Assembly: GCF_001194135.2 (NCBI RefSeq)
Contig: NC_068985.1
Coordinates: 50,429,020 to 50,467,522, forward strand
DNA length: 38,503 nt
Direction of reading: 5' to 3'
DNA from: Octopus bimaculoides
Taxonomy: Eukaryota
The notes under the pieces were generated by a model, which saw nothing but the letters and a program-made list of their open reading frames with translations, did no database searches and was not told the origin of the DNA. The translations under genes and the position numbers were made by a program. Below are positions 1-9,437 of this stretch, one piece after another. Within the stretch, counting starts at the first letter, position 1. Each line of letters starts with the position of its first letter.

Positions 1-76
1 TATATATATACAAAAAGAGAGAGAAAGAAGAATGCAGTCAGTGGTTAATGTTATTTTCAATTTGCTATCAGAGATA

Positions 77-118
77 ACTCTACACGTTTTGGCCTTAATT
101 TGACCTCATCAGTGGAGT
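77..118 (-). ncRNA. Degenerate minimal type I hammerhead ribozyme motif (PLE-type)
   Basis: Minus strand reads ACTC-CA-CTGATGA-GGTC-aaattaa-GGCC-AAAA-C-gt-GTA-GAGT. CUGAUGA core, 4-bp stem II (one G-U), GUA cleavage triplet and ACTC/GAGT stem I are present. G12 is mutated (AAAA for GAAA) and stem I is offset by 2 nt. Confidence 0.6.
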
Positions 119-308
119 AATAGGTATGAATTAAATATGTCAACATGACCATAATTGTTGATAATGCTTTGTATGAGAATGGCGTCTCTGAGTTAATCTC
201 AATGCAACACATGACTAGATTAAATTTGAAATCCACTCGCATCATCGGCTTTCTTGCCGCCAACTCGTTTCTCTTCCAGCGTTAGATTTAGGTAGGCCGG
301 TAATGGTA

Positions 309-440
309 CACACACGCGCACATGTGCGCGCACACACACGCACGCACATACACGCACACGCGCGCACGCACACACACACATACGCACACACACACGCACA
401 CACACACACTTTATATATGTGTGCGTGTGTGTGTGTGTGT
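309..440. repeat. Compound (CA)n/(CACG)n/(TG)n microsatellite
   Basis: Direct reading; explains the His-Thr and Cys-Val ORFs 220..405 and 322..630. Confidence 0.95.
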
Positions 441-562
441 TCTTCTTCTTCGCCTCCTTCCTCGGCTACTACTGCTGCTTAAACAATCAATCATAACAAA
501 TATTCTTTTAGGAGTGCTGCTACCTACTACCTGCTACCAAGCCTTCAAAAGAGTAAAAAAAC

Positions 563-751
563 AGAGACAGACAGACAGACAGAAAAAAGGAAAACGTCCC
601 TTGCATTTGAAAGTCATGGAAATGTTTTAAAATATTTCATTTAATTTTTCCACAATTTAATTGTTTTTCATGCTTTACTCTAAGTTGAAATAGTCGCAAA
701 GACTGAAACCGGTACTAAAATGTTCTTGATGATAAAATTATTTTAGCATTT
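563..751 (+). repeat. Dispersed ~170-190 bp repeat, copy 1 (copy 2 at 38334-38503)
   Basis: Shares CAGAAAAAAGGAAAACGTC.CTTGCATTTGAAA, ATTTCATTTAATTTTTCCACAATTTAATTGTTTTTCAT.CTTTACTCTAAGTTG and GATAAAATTATTTTAGCATTT with the window end, in the same orientation. Confidence 0.9.
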
Positions 752-1155
752 TCTACCTTCTTGTCTTGTTTTCCATATATATATATATTATATATATATA
801 TATAGTGAATAAATAAATGGGATAATTATCCCCTTATACAGCACAACTCATTAGTGCCCTAATAGAGCCTCAAGAATATCAAACTAAGAAAGAGAACAAA
901 TTTCAAAGTTCATATTCACTTAATATATTTCAAAGCATCGGAATACTCCACAGCATACATAGGTGCATTCATATACACAAGATATAATATAAAAATTATT
1001 AATATATAAATGTATAAATGTACTTGCGAGGTTGTATGTCCTTATTTAAATCAATGAGGATATTAAAATATGCAGTGAATGTATAGCGGTAATCCAAATA
1101 GATGAGAAAGTTGGTATAAAATGATTTTAAAAGGAATCTTGAGCAGGTGCAAAGT

Positions 1156-1239
1156 CTGACGGCCGTTTCGAGAAGATATAGGTTGGTATGGGCGAGTTAA
1201 TTCCAACCATAACAATCAACTATATCTCTCTCATCAGAG
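1156..1239 (-). ncRNA. Type I hammerhead ribozyme motif with intact core, long stem II and palindromic stem III
   Basis: Minus strand: CT-CTGATGA-GAGAGATATAG...CTATATCTTCTC-GAAAC-GGCC-GTC-AG. All core nucleotides are canonical, with a GUC triplet. Stem II has 11 bp with one bulge and further pairing beyond. Stem III is the palindrome ACGGCCGT. Stem I is only 2 bp. Confidence 0.75.
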
Positions 1240-1330
1240 TTAATCTAAAAGATTTATAAAAGAGTTATTTAAATCTTAAAGTTTTAAGCAACATGAGAAA
1301 TTTAAGAATTTTTAAAAATCGATCGCTGTA

Positions 1331-1349
1331 TCGGAACATACTGTTCAGA
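1331..1349. repeat. 19-bp target-site duplication, left copy (TCGGAACATACTGTTCAGA)
   Basis: Exact match to 4513-4531; the two copies bracket the Tx1-like LINE at 1350-4512. Confidence 0.85.
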
Positions 1350-1574
1350 TTTTTTATTACCCTCTAGGGGTCAAAAAGCAGAGATTGTACAATCTGACGA
1401 GTCAGATGATTTACATAGAGATGAAATGGTTTTTTTAAAAAATTTATGACAAAGTAATTCGAATGATTAAACAAAGACACAAAAACAATGAAGTGGGGGT
1501 GGGGTACGGCTTCTGCTTCGACCCCACAAGCCCCTGATACCTAAGGTAAATCTTTTATGGAATAGTCATGAGGG

Positions 1575-2405
1575 TACATTCATTCGCAACATCCGTACCC
1601 CACTCTTCCATCTTTTCCAGAACACAACAGCTGACAGGCATCTCCTCTCCAGCCCTATATTCCTTTTCAGACGAAAAGTGAAACAAGTACAGGGCCAGAG
1701 ATGACGTTGCCGGTCACAAATCCTTTCATTCTGGAGGCAGGTGGGTCATTTTTCACATTTGACTCAGCGGACAGCTGTACTCTTCCAATACTTAACAACA
1801 GTTGTTCGACATAAGTCCACAGATCCGACACGCCTGGACATTGCACAATCGCATGCAGGATGGTTTCCTTATCTCACACGCATCTTGGGCAAATCTCTGA
1901 GCCGGGGCAGCCATGCCTTGTGAGCTTATCCCGAACAGGTAAGGCTCCTAGGTAACACTGCCAGGCCAAGGACTTCTGAAAATTATCCAGGGACCCCGAC
2001 CTGAATGTTCTTCAGAACAGGCTAGGATCTCCCTTCAGGTATCAGCACACTTCGACTCTACCATCCCTCTATAGAATGATATAGTTGAACCACCACCATC
2101 GGCATTGCCTGAACGATAGAAAAGTACGAGAGCCTTTCGGCATTCAGCGTACCACGTGCCCAACTTAGATCTACGATAGACCCAGGATTTCAGTCCACAA
2201 AAACGTTGAACTTAGAAAACGTCGATTTAGAGGGCGGAGTCCACACCCGTTCACCATCCAGATAGAGTTACAGATGCTTCAGCCATAGCGCATGTCTGCC
2301 CATCATCAAGCACGGCATCCCTAGCCCACCCATTAACGGTTGTTGGCAGCAGATAGAGTGCCTCAGAAGTGGTCCTGTGCCCTTCCACAAAAAGCGAAAG
2401 AGCCG
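1575..2405 (-). pseudogene. LINE A ORF2 C-terminal region (post-RT and zf-RVT-like), frameshifted
   Basis: Translations RRLFRFLWKGTGPLLRHSICCQQPLMGGLGMPCLMMGRHALWLKHL and EICPRCV*DKETILHAIVQCPGVSDLWTYVEQLL are typical of the L1/Tx1 ORF2 3' part. Confidence 0.8.
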
Positions 2406-2972
2406 TCGCTATTTGACTATGTCCACAATGGAGCGTTCAGGAATTCCAGTCTGTAAGGATCTGCTAGCGACTTAGCAGATCCAGGAGGCAAGAGTTACCT
2501 CTCCTGTCTTGGTTTGAGTCAGCATAATCTACATGTGCATCGTTGATTGCATTACAGTCTATCAGAACTAATGAGTGTGAAGTACTTAGAAATTTCTCGA
2601 GGCCTCGAAAATACTCACTTTTACCATCGTTAGTTGGTGCATAAATTACTACCAGCCTGATTGTCGTACCGTTGCTGAACGTCAAGTCTAGGACGACCAG
2701 CCTACCTTTTGGATCAATAGAAATGAACTTTTCTCAGAAACCAGATTTTTCTTAATTAGAACCAAGACACCTGTTCCACTCATAGTATGTCATGAAGAAA
2801 TAAATTTCTCATAACCATTTAGCAGTTGGAGCAAGTCTCTTGGTTCAGTCAACCTGATTTCAGTAGCAACAATAGCATCCAATCCACATGACCTGATGTC
2901 GTTAAGAAAACGTCCTTGTTTCCAGCTCGACATCAGCCCACGCACATTTAAACAGCCAACATGAATACTCAT
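2406..2972 (-). pseudogene. LINE A APE-type endonuclease remnant
   Basis: MSIHVGCLNVRGL...DAIVATEIRL (NVRG and E motifs), IRLVVIYAP, LVLIDCNA (GDFN-like), LADPYRLEFLNAPLWT*SNSDG. Confidence 0.85.
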
Positions 2973-3022
2973 AAGCGACTTACCGTTTTTGTGGTGAGAG
3001 ATGGGCTGTTATGACCATCTCT

Positions 3023-3984
3023 TTATTGAACTACGCTTGCTTGCGGGATGATGTTAGATGGGCCCTCGAAAATTTGGTGGGAAATGTCTCTCCGTAGAGG
3101 GTCTATATTATGGTGAAATTCTGATTTCAGAATCCTAAAATTCTTACTGTCAATTGCAAATATCTTTATCCGTTTCGGGGTTTTATTGTATTCAACAGAT
3201 TCTGCCGTTGGAACAACAGCCAACCTGCTTAACAGTCTTGTATTATTTTCTTTGATCGCTATCAGGTTGCAGTCATTTTTCTTTGTTGTTGGTTTCTTTT
3301 TCTTGTGAGTATGTGTTGAAAAAGTTGAAATGATGGGATGTGGGTGCCTTCTTTTCCCACTATTTTTATACTCCACCCCTCGCCCTTCTCTTTGTCATTG
3401 GTTTTGTCTACCATTACGGGGGATTCTGTATCTATTGTAGTTGCTGTTCTTGTTGATTCTTCCTCTTCCTCTTCTGAATGTGGGGGAACTACCGCTTTTT
3501 CTTGGGGTGGACCGCACTCTGCCCTTATGTGGCTTTTTTGCCACACTTGAAGCAACGACACTTTCTCCCCTCTATTATTACAATTAATCTGAGTCCCCCA
3601 CCTGAATGATTTCAGGTATTTCTTCTGAATCAGCAGGGGCCGCTTGAATCGCAATTTCAAGCCCTTGCCAATTTTGTTTATCGGTTGTTGTTGCTTGCGG
3701 GATGGGAATTTTATCCTCCAAGCCGACAACTGTTGTTGCCACTAACCAGGCAGCATCTACTTCTGGCGGGACTTCGGTAACTCTATTTTTGACGTTCTTC
3801 TCCCCAAGTACGTGAGGAGAAGAACCACTTCTTCCGGCTTTAAAGTATTAGTCGAATGCTGCATGGATTTCTCTTCACCGTGGAATCTCACCTCAATGGC
3901 AGCAAACTTCTTCGCTCGTGTTATATAAATTATGTGAGACCAAATTGGTCTAAGACACTTTTCCACCGCATCTCTCGACGCCAT
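3023..3984 (-). pseudogene. LINE A ORF1 (gag-like) remnant
   Basis: MASRDAVEKCLRPIWSHIIYITRAKK...LLTYLGRRTSKI, and a degenerate zinc knuckle (..KSHIRAEC) near 3520-3570; homologous to ORF1 of element B. Confidence 0.7.
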
Positions 3985-4512
3985 GTCATGTTCCTTATAT
4001 TTTTACGATAAACGTTTTGTTGATGACCGTTGTTCTATTCGTTTGGTGAGAGATTTTGCTTGGAGGAGTTATTTGCACTTCCAGCCCCTCCTTTTTCAGC
4101 ATCCCTTTAAACTTCATTATTTCATTTAGATTGGTATTAAGATTTCTTTTAGTTATTCCTGCTGCTGCAGCAAAATTAAATTTTGTTGCAGTTAGAGACT
4201 TCACCGGTGGTATATCCACTGCTTCTTTATTTTCAGATTCAATTGAGTCGTACATTTTTCAAAGGATTTGGGCTGATGCCCCACAAAATTACGGCTAAAC
4301 GCCGCGTAAATTTGAGCCAACGCTCTGCAGAAAAACAATGACTCACCTTTCAAACAACGGGAAATTATAAGAAAAGAACTGCCGCAAGCAGTTACACCAG
4401 TTTTTTCAACAACACGAAATGTAACAAGTTCGGTAACAGGTTCAATAACAGGTTCAATAATAAACTAACCAAACAGCAAAAATTACAACCTAACTTCAGA
4501 ATGAGCGAAATG

Positions 4513-4531
4513 TCGGAACATACTGTTCAGA
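4513..4531. repeat. 19-bp target-site duplication, right copy
   Basis: Exact match to 1331-1349; sits between the 5' end of LINE A and the 3' end of LINE B. Confidence 0.85.
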
Positions 4532-6480
4532 CGGATGATATTAATTTTCTATTACCCACAAGGAGTCAGATAAAGAGGGGACAAGCAAAGACCAACAGGA
4601 CAGTACAAAGTAGGGACACAAAAAAAAAAAAAAAAAAAACCGATGAGAGGATGAATGAAATAATTAAAATAAATAATGAAATGGAGTCGCTCCTCCTCAC
4701 ATCCGAACGACTTAATTTATCTTTTTTTTACTTTTTGAAACTTTCAAAAATGTCTATTTTAAAATCGTTTATGAGATCTTCGTAACTTACCACCGTTGGC
4801 ATACCCTCGGTGTCCATTCCTCTCTGCCAGTACACCATGTTGCTTCCATACCCTTTCAGTCCCACAGTGTGAATAGTGTCCTGTGAGCACCTCCTTCAAA
4901 CCTGTAGTGATCACTGATATACGTTTCGTCCAGCTGTACACCCTTTATCACAGTTTGCCATTGTGTTGATTGTAGAGTACTATGCTCTTTTTTTTTTTTT
5001 TTTCACAGGCTGGGGACTAGAGAATTTGGGGCTCCTGTATGTTTATAATCGTTTTGTTAATGTCTGTTGGGGTAGGGCGTAGTTTGGTGTCTGCAAGGGA
5101 AGAGTGGAACGAAGTGGTTCGGGTGGGAGTTGGGTAGACGTGGGATTGGGGTCTTCATTTATAGTTTGTACTTTTTCCTCCTTTTTTGCTTCTCCTTGTT
5201 GTCGTTTCACATTCGTCTCTGTGTTTCCTCCTTCTTTTTATGTACTTCTGTTGCTCTTCGCCGTTGGTGGAGGTGCAGTTTTTTTTCAGACACTGGCGCT
5301 TCTTGGGGATTTTGGGGCGACGGAAGGCACTCTACCCAAATGTGGCCTTTTTGGCCACATTTGTAGCAGCGAGGAGTTATGCTCTCCACTCTGGCCCTGA
5401 GCGTTATCTCATCTACCGTAATTGTTTCCGTTATTTCCTAAAGGTCCTCTGGGGTTGCCTGAACCGCCCTATTCAGTGTCTGCCCTGCCAATTTCAGTGG
5501 GTAGTGCTAGTGGCTTGGAGGACCGTTATTTTATCCTCCAAACCCAGCAGTATCGCTGCCACCAGCCAGGTTACATTAATTTCTGGTAATGCCTTTTCTA
5601 CCCTTAACCTGGAAGCACGCGTTCCAAGGTTTTTGAGTAGACGAATTACCTCCTCGGTTTTCAGGAAGGCGTGGTTGCCGAGAGTCGCCTGGATGTGGCT
5701 TCGACTCAGAGCCGCACCTCCATCATTCCAAACTTTCTTTCTCCCACTGGCTATGTGTGTAATTTCCTGCCAGATAGGTTTTTAAGCCTTTTCGATTTGC
5801 CCTTTTGTTATTATCTCTATTCTCTGTGCATTCACCGAATACGTTCTGTAGCTGATCATTTTTCTCTTTGCCTCCTGTAATACTTCTTGGAGAGGTGATA
5901 CCTTTTCGTCATTCCCCTCCCTGCGAGGCATATACTTGTAGTTTTCTATCTCGTCCATATTGACTTCCGAGTTGTGGCTTTTGGCCACCGCCACAAAATT
6001 CCTTCTTCTTTCCTCTCCTTTGTCCATTTCATCAAGTGCTTGGAGTTACTCGTCTTTGGACGAACTCAGCGTTTCGTATTCCACCATCTTCTTTACTGTG
6101 TTACCCACTTCAAGTAAGGGAGAACATGTCAACAAAACTACCGTAAGGCAGCAAAAACAAGCGTGAGTTCTCCGTTGTGGTCGGTTCTGACTTGGGCCGT
6201 CGTAATGTTTATATCTTGTTTGGACGAGGTGGTCATTGTGAAAGATATGTCTCGAGCGGGATAAATTTTTACTTCTTCCTTGTTCCTGTTCCAAGACTTC
6301 ATTATGTGGAATGTGTCTCGAACGTGGGGAGTTCTTATTTCTCGTATAGTTCTGTCCGAAAGACTTATTCATGAAGACATTCCGTCTGAGACATGGAGGG
6401 TTCTTGGGATGAGATGGGTTTCTGTATCTTTGAATTGGAGTGTTTTGTCTTGTGGTGAAGGGTGATTTCATTCAGATATC
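4532..6480 (-). mobile_element. Tx1/L1-type LINE B, divergent relative of A (ORF1 with CCHC, A16 run, putative ORF2 C-terminus, 3' UTR; no EN/RT)
   Basis: ORF1 pieces 5782..6027 and KPIWQEITHI...LLKNLGTRASRL align with A. Intact CX2CX4HX4C (RCYKCGQKGHIWVEC) at ~5325-5370. The 3' end CTTGTGGGTAATAGAAAA resembles A's CCTAGAGGGTAATAAAAA. The ORF2 tail (4760-4950) is a weaker call. Confidence 0.7.
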
Positions 6481-6591
6481 TCATGCTCTGGAAGAAGAAC
6501 CATGGTCACTAGGGAATCATTTTTTCTATTGTTTAGGGATATTGTGCACAGCAGAAAATTAATTGCACAGGCAAAATTTATATATATATAT

Positions 6592-7010
6592 ATGAGGTGT
6601 TGTGTGCAAGAGAGAAGACTGTGCTGGTTTAGTCATGTGATGAATATGGATGAGGACCGCTGTGTAAAGTAGAGATCCATGAAGATGTGGAACAAAGTGG
6701 AGAAAAGGGATCTTTGCATGCCGGGCTTCACTGAGGAGAGGACAAGGGACTGGGAATTTTGGTGATTTGCTGTACTTGATAAAATGCGTCAAGCTAAGTA
6801 GAATCACTGTCTTCCACACATACAGGCTTGCACTTTCAGGTGTTGGTGCCACTTAAAAAGCGCCCATGCCAGTGCTGCATTAAAGTATCCATGCTGGTGC
6901 TATGGAAAAGCACCCATGCCAGTGGCACGTAAAAAGCACGACTGTTAAGTAGTTGGCATTAGGGAGGGCATCCAGTCATAGAAACCATGCCACAACTGAC
7001 AATTATAGTC
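6592..7010 (+). mobile_element. RTE-clade LINE 3' fragment (ORF C-terminus + 3' UTR)
   Basis: RCCVQERRLCWFSHVMNMDEDRCVK...DLCMPGFTEERTRDW matches the RTE RRLRWFGHV C-terminal motif. It is followed by repeated AAAAAGCACCCATGCCAGTG units and TTGGCATTAGGGAGGGCATCCAG typical of RTE 3' UTRs. Confidence 0.75.
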
Positions 7011-7464
7011 TGGACAGCTCCCTGCTAGCCAGTCCCATGTCAGACAGTTTGTTCTCGATGGAACATGAAGTGGGTGCTCCCTGTTATTGTACCATCACCA
7101 GAGGCAAGTACCTTGTATACAGTAAATGTGAATGCAGAGAATACTCAGTAAACCAAGGTGTGTAGACAAAAGAGGAGAATTGCTGAGTGTGTAATGACAG
7201 CAGAGAGACCAGAAATGGTTTGTTGATCTATGCTGGTATCTCTCATATGATGATAAATCCTCGTGTATACAATGGATAGTGAGAATCAAAATGATAACTT
7301 TATTCTTAATATGTTCTGGTATATTTGAATATTGAATATGCGAATCGATTGCCGTTTGGTAATTATGATACTTCTTCTACAATTGAAGATAATTTTAATA
7401 AACAAAGAATTTATGTATTATGGTATTTGATACTTGTCTTTTGTCTATGTTGTTCATATAAATG

Positions 7465-7610
7465 CCAGTACCAGGCAGAGGAGGTTTCCAGCAGTAACAA
7501 CAGCAACGACAGCAGTAACAGAACCGTAAGAATAAATAAATGGGAATATATCGGCGGAACAGGATAGTCCTTCAAGACCAGAGCTAATAACCACAAGTCA
7601 CCTCTTACAA
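7465..7610 (+). mobile_element. Penelope-like GIY-YIG endonuclease fragment
   Basis: YQAEEVSS...EYIGGTG*SFKTRANNHKS resembles the PLE motif Y.A.V...YIG.T...FK.R..NH.S. Confidence 0.5.
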
Positions 7611-7847
7611 TAATAGTGTTGTGATAAGAGTCAAGATACCCTCTTGTGAGGAATGGACTGAACCGAGAAAGTATATATGGTTCGAAGTTCGTGTTATTTA
7701 ACAGTGAAGACAAAGCATATAACACATTGTAAAGCAATGTGAATATATACATTCATAGGCAAAAAAGATTCATACATATAAAATATAAAGCATAAATCGC
7801 TATATAGAGACGTGTACGCACACATAGACGCACACATTCTCTGTTTT

Positions 7848-7895
<48 letters not shown>

Positions 7896-8275
7896 TTACT
7901 GTCTCACCTCATCTCTTTTTTTTTATCTTTCAAAATATCTGCGTTTGTTCTTCTCTGCTAACGTACGAGAATCATTTCATCTAACAGAAGGAACATCGTT
8001 GAGATACCTACGCCAGTTCAACAACAATCTACCATCACCACCAAAACAACAACAACAACTACAAGGTCAACTCAACCTGCGTTACCAACTTCTCACAAGT
8101 TCTCAGAAATGCTTGATAAATTTAAGTCTGCTGTTTATTTCATCTCTATTTACCACCCACTAGCAATTACAACGAGTATCAACATTTCTAACTACCTATC
8201 AACGTATTGGTGGCTTGGTTGATGAAGCCAAGTACGAGAAAATATTTGCAGCTTGTTCCTGTAAAATTTGTTGCA

Positions 8276-8510
<235 letters not shown>

Positions 8511-8699
8511 CATGTAAAAAAAAAAAATCGCCGAAAACAATCGCAGTAATGAAAACATAGAAGTCCAAAATTTCAGGATTGTAGGTCCGGATTCAGCCTA
8601 AAGTGCTTTTAATTTACAGCCTGATTCCAAAATGGTATATGTTGGGCTACGGCCTCTAGGAGTAATATTGAAAAAGTGTGACACACTGGCATTCACCTT

Positions 8700-8793
8700 T
8701 ATTTTATTTTATTATATTATATTATATTATATTATATTATGTTATGTTATGTTATATTACATTACATTACATTACATTACATTACATTACATT
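8700..8793. repeat. Compound pentanucleotide microsatellite (ATATT)n-(ATGTT)n-(ACATT)n
   Basis: Direct reading; stepwise single-base unit variants. Confidence 0.9.
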
Positions 8794-8997
8794 AAGGCGG
8801 CGAGCAGGCAGAATCGTTAACACGCCGGGTAACAGTATTTCGTCTGCCGTTAGGTTTTGAGTTCGAATTCCGCCGAGGTCGATTTTGCTTGTTGGGGCCG
8901 ATAAAATTAGTACTAGTTACGTACTGGTGTCGATGTAATCGACTTAATCCCTTCCCTCAAAATCTGAGACCTCATGCTTCCTGGAAAGGATTTATTA
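8794..8997 (+). mobile_element. tRNA-derived SINE (family 1, GGCGGCGAGCTGGCAGAATCG head)
   Basis: A-box-like GGCAGAATCG, B-box GAGTTCGAATTCC, conserved core GATAAAATTAGTAC; homologous to copies at 14823-15038, 36678-36900 and 36901-37125. Confidence 0.9.
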
Positions 8998-9437
8998 AAG
9001 TTGAAAAAGTGTGACACACTTGACATTCACATTTATTATATTAGATATGTTTAATTTTGGAAAAACTTTATTTCAATTAAAGTGTATTTTATAAATATAT
9101 ATGTGTGTGTGTGTGTGTGTGTAAAAAATAAAACAAAAATGATAGTGTTCAATATTCAATATGCAGTCCACAAGAATTTTTGTCAAAGAGAGATGGTTAA
9201 ACAAAGTTGTACATCATCTCCCTCTTTCTCTCACATACCCACTCTTTCTCTCATTATTACTCGCACTTCTACCATCAACGCTATTACTTTTAATAAAACA
9301 TCATCAGCTCTCCCTAATTTTTTGTCTCTCTTTCTCTCTCTCTCTCTCTTTCTCCACCACCGCCCTCACCGTCTCTATGCTTACTATTACTGTCACCCCA
9401 GCACGAGAAATAGTAGAAGTGTCAGTGAATAGTGAGA

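Larger units (their letters stand above)
1350..4512 (-). mobile_element. Tx1/L1-type non-LTR retrotransposon A, internally deleted (ORF1 + APE + post-RT/zf-RVT, no RT), with TSD
   Basis: Minus strand in order: 5' region; ORF1 remnants (3023-3984) with a degenerate CCHC; APE endonuclease (2410-2972); direct join to post-RT LFRFLWKG...GGLGMP; CPRC..ETILHA..QC zinc motif (~1800-1890); C-terminal KRW..RM; 3' UTR ending AATAAAAAA at ~1351-1359. Confidence 0.85.

Noticed and set aside
220-630. His/Thr, Cys/Val, poly-Ile, poly-Tyr, poly-Asp and poly-Ser ORFs here and at 8188-8568, 25600-26054, 27762-28176, 30560-31895, 33267-33672 and 35953-36705
   Set aside because: They are translations of (CA)n, (TACA)n, (AAT)n and (GAT)n microsatellites, open simply because the repeat lacks stops.
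77-1239. The two minus-strand hammerheads as tandem units of one retrozyme
   Set aside because: Their stems and flanks differ, and the intervening ~1 kb is not a repeated monomer; they appear to be different families.
1394-1430. Plus-strand CTGACGA...GAAA as a fourth hammerhead
   Set aside because: Stem II has only about 3 weak pairs, and no stem III or NUH site can be formed; it lies within the LINE 3' UTR on the opposite strand.
6460-6590. A third copy of the 19-bp target at the 5' end of LINE B
   Set aside because: Not found; only TTCAGA matches, so B's own TSD cannot be shown.
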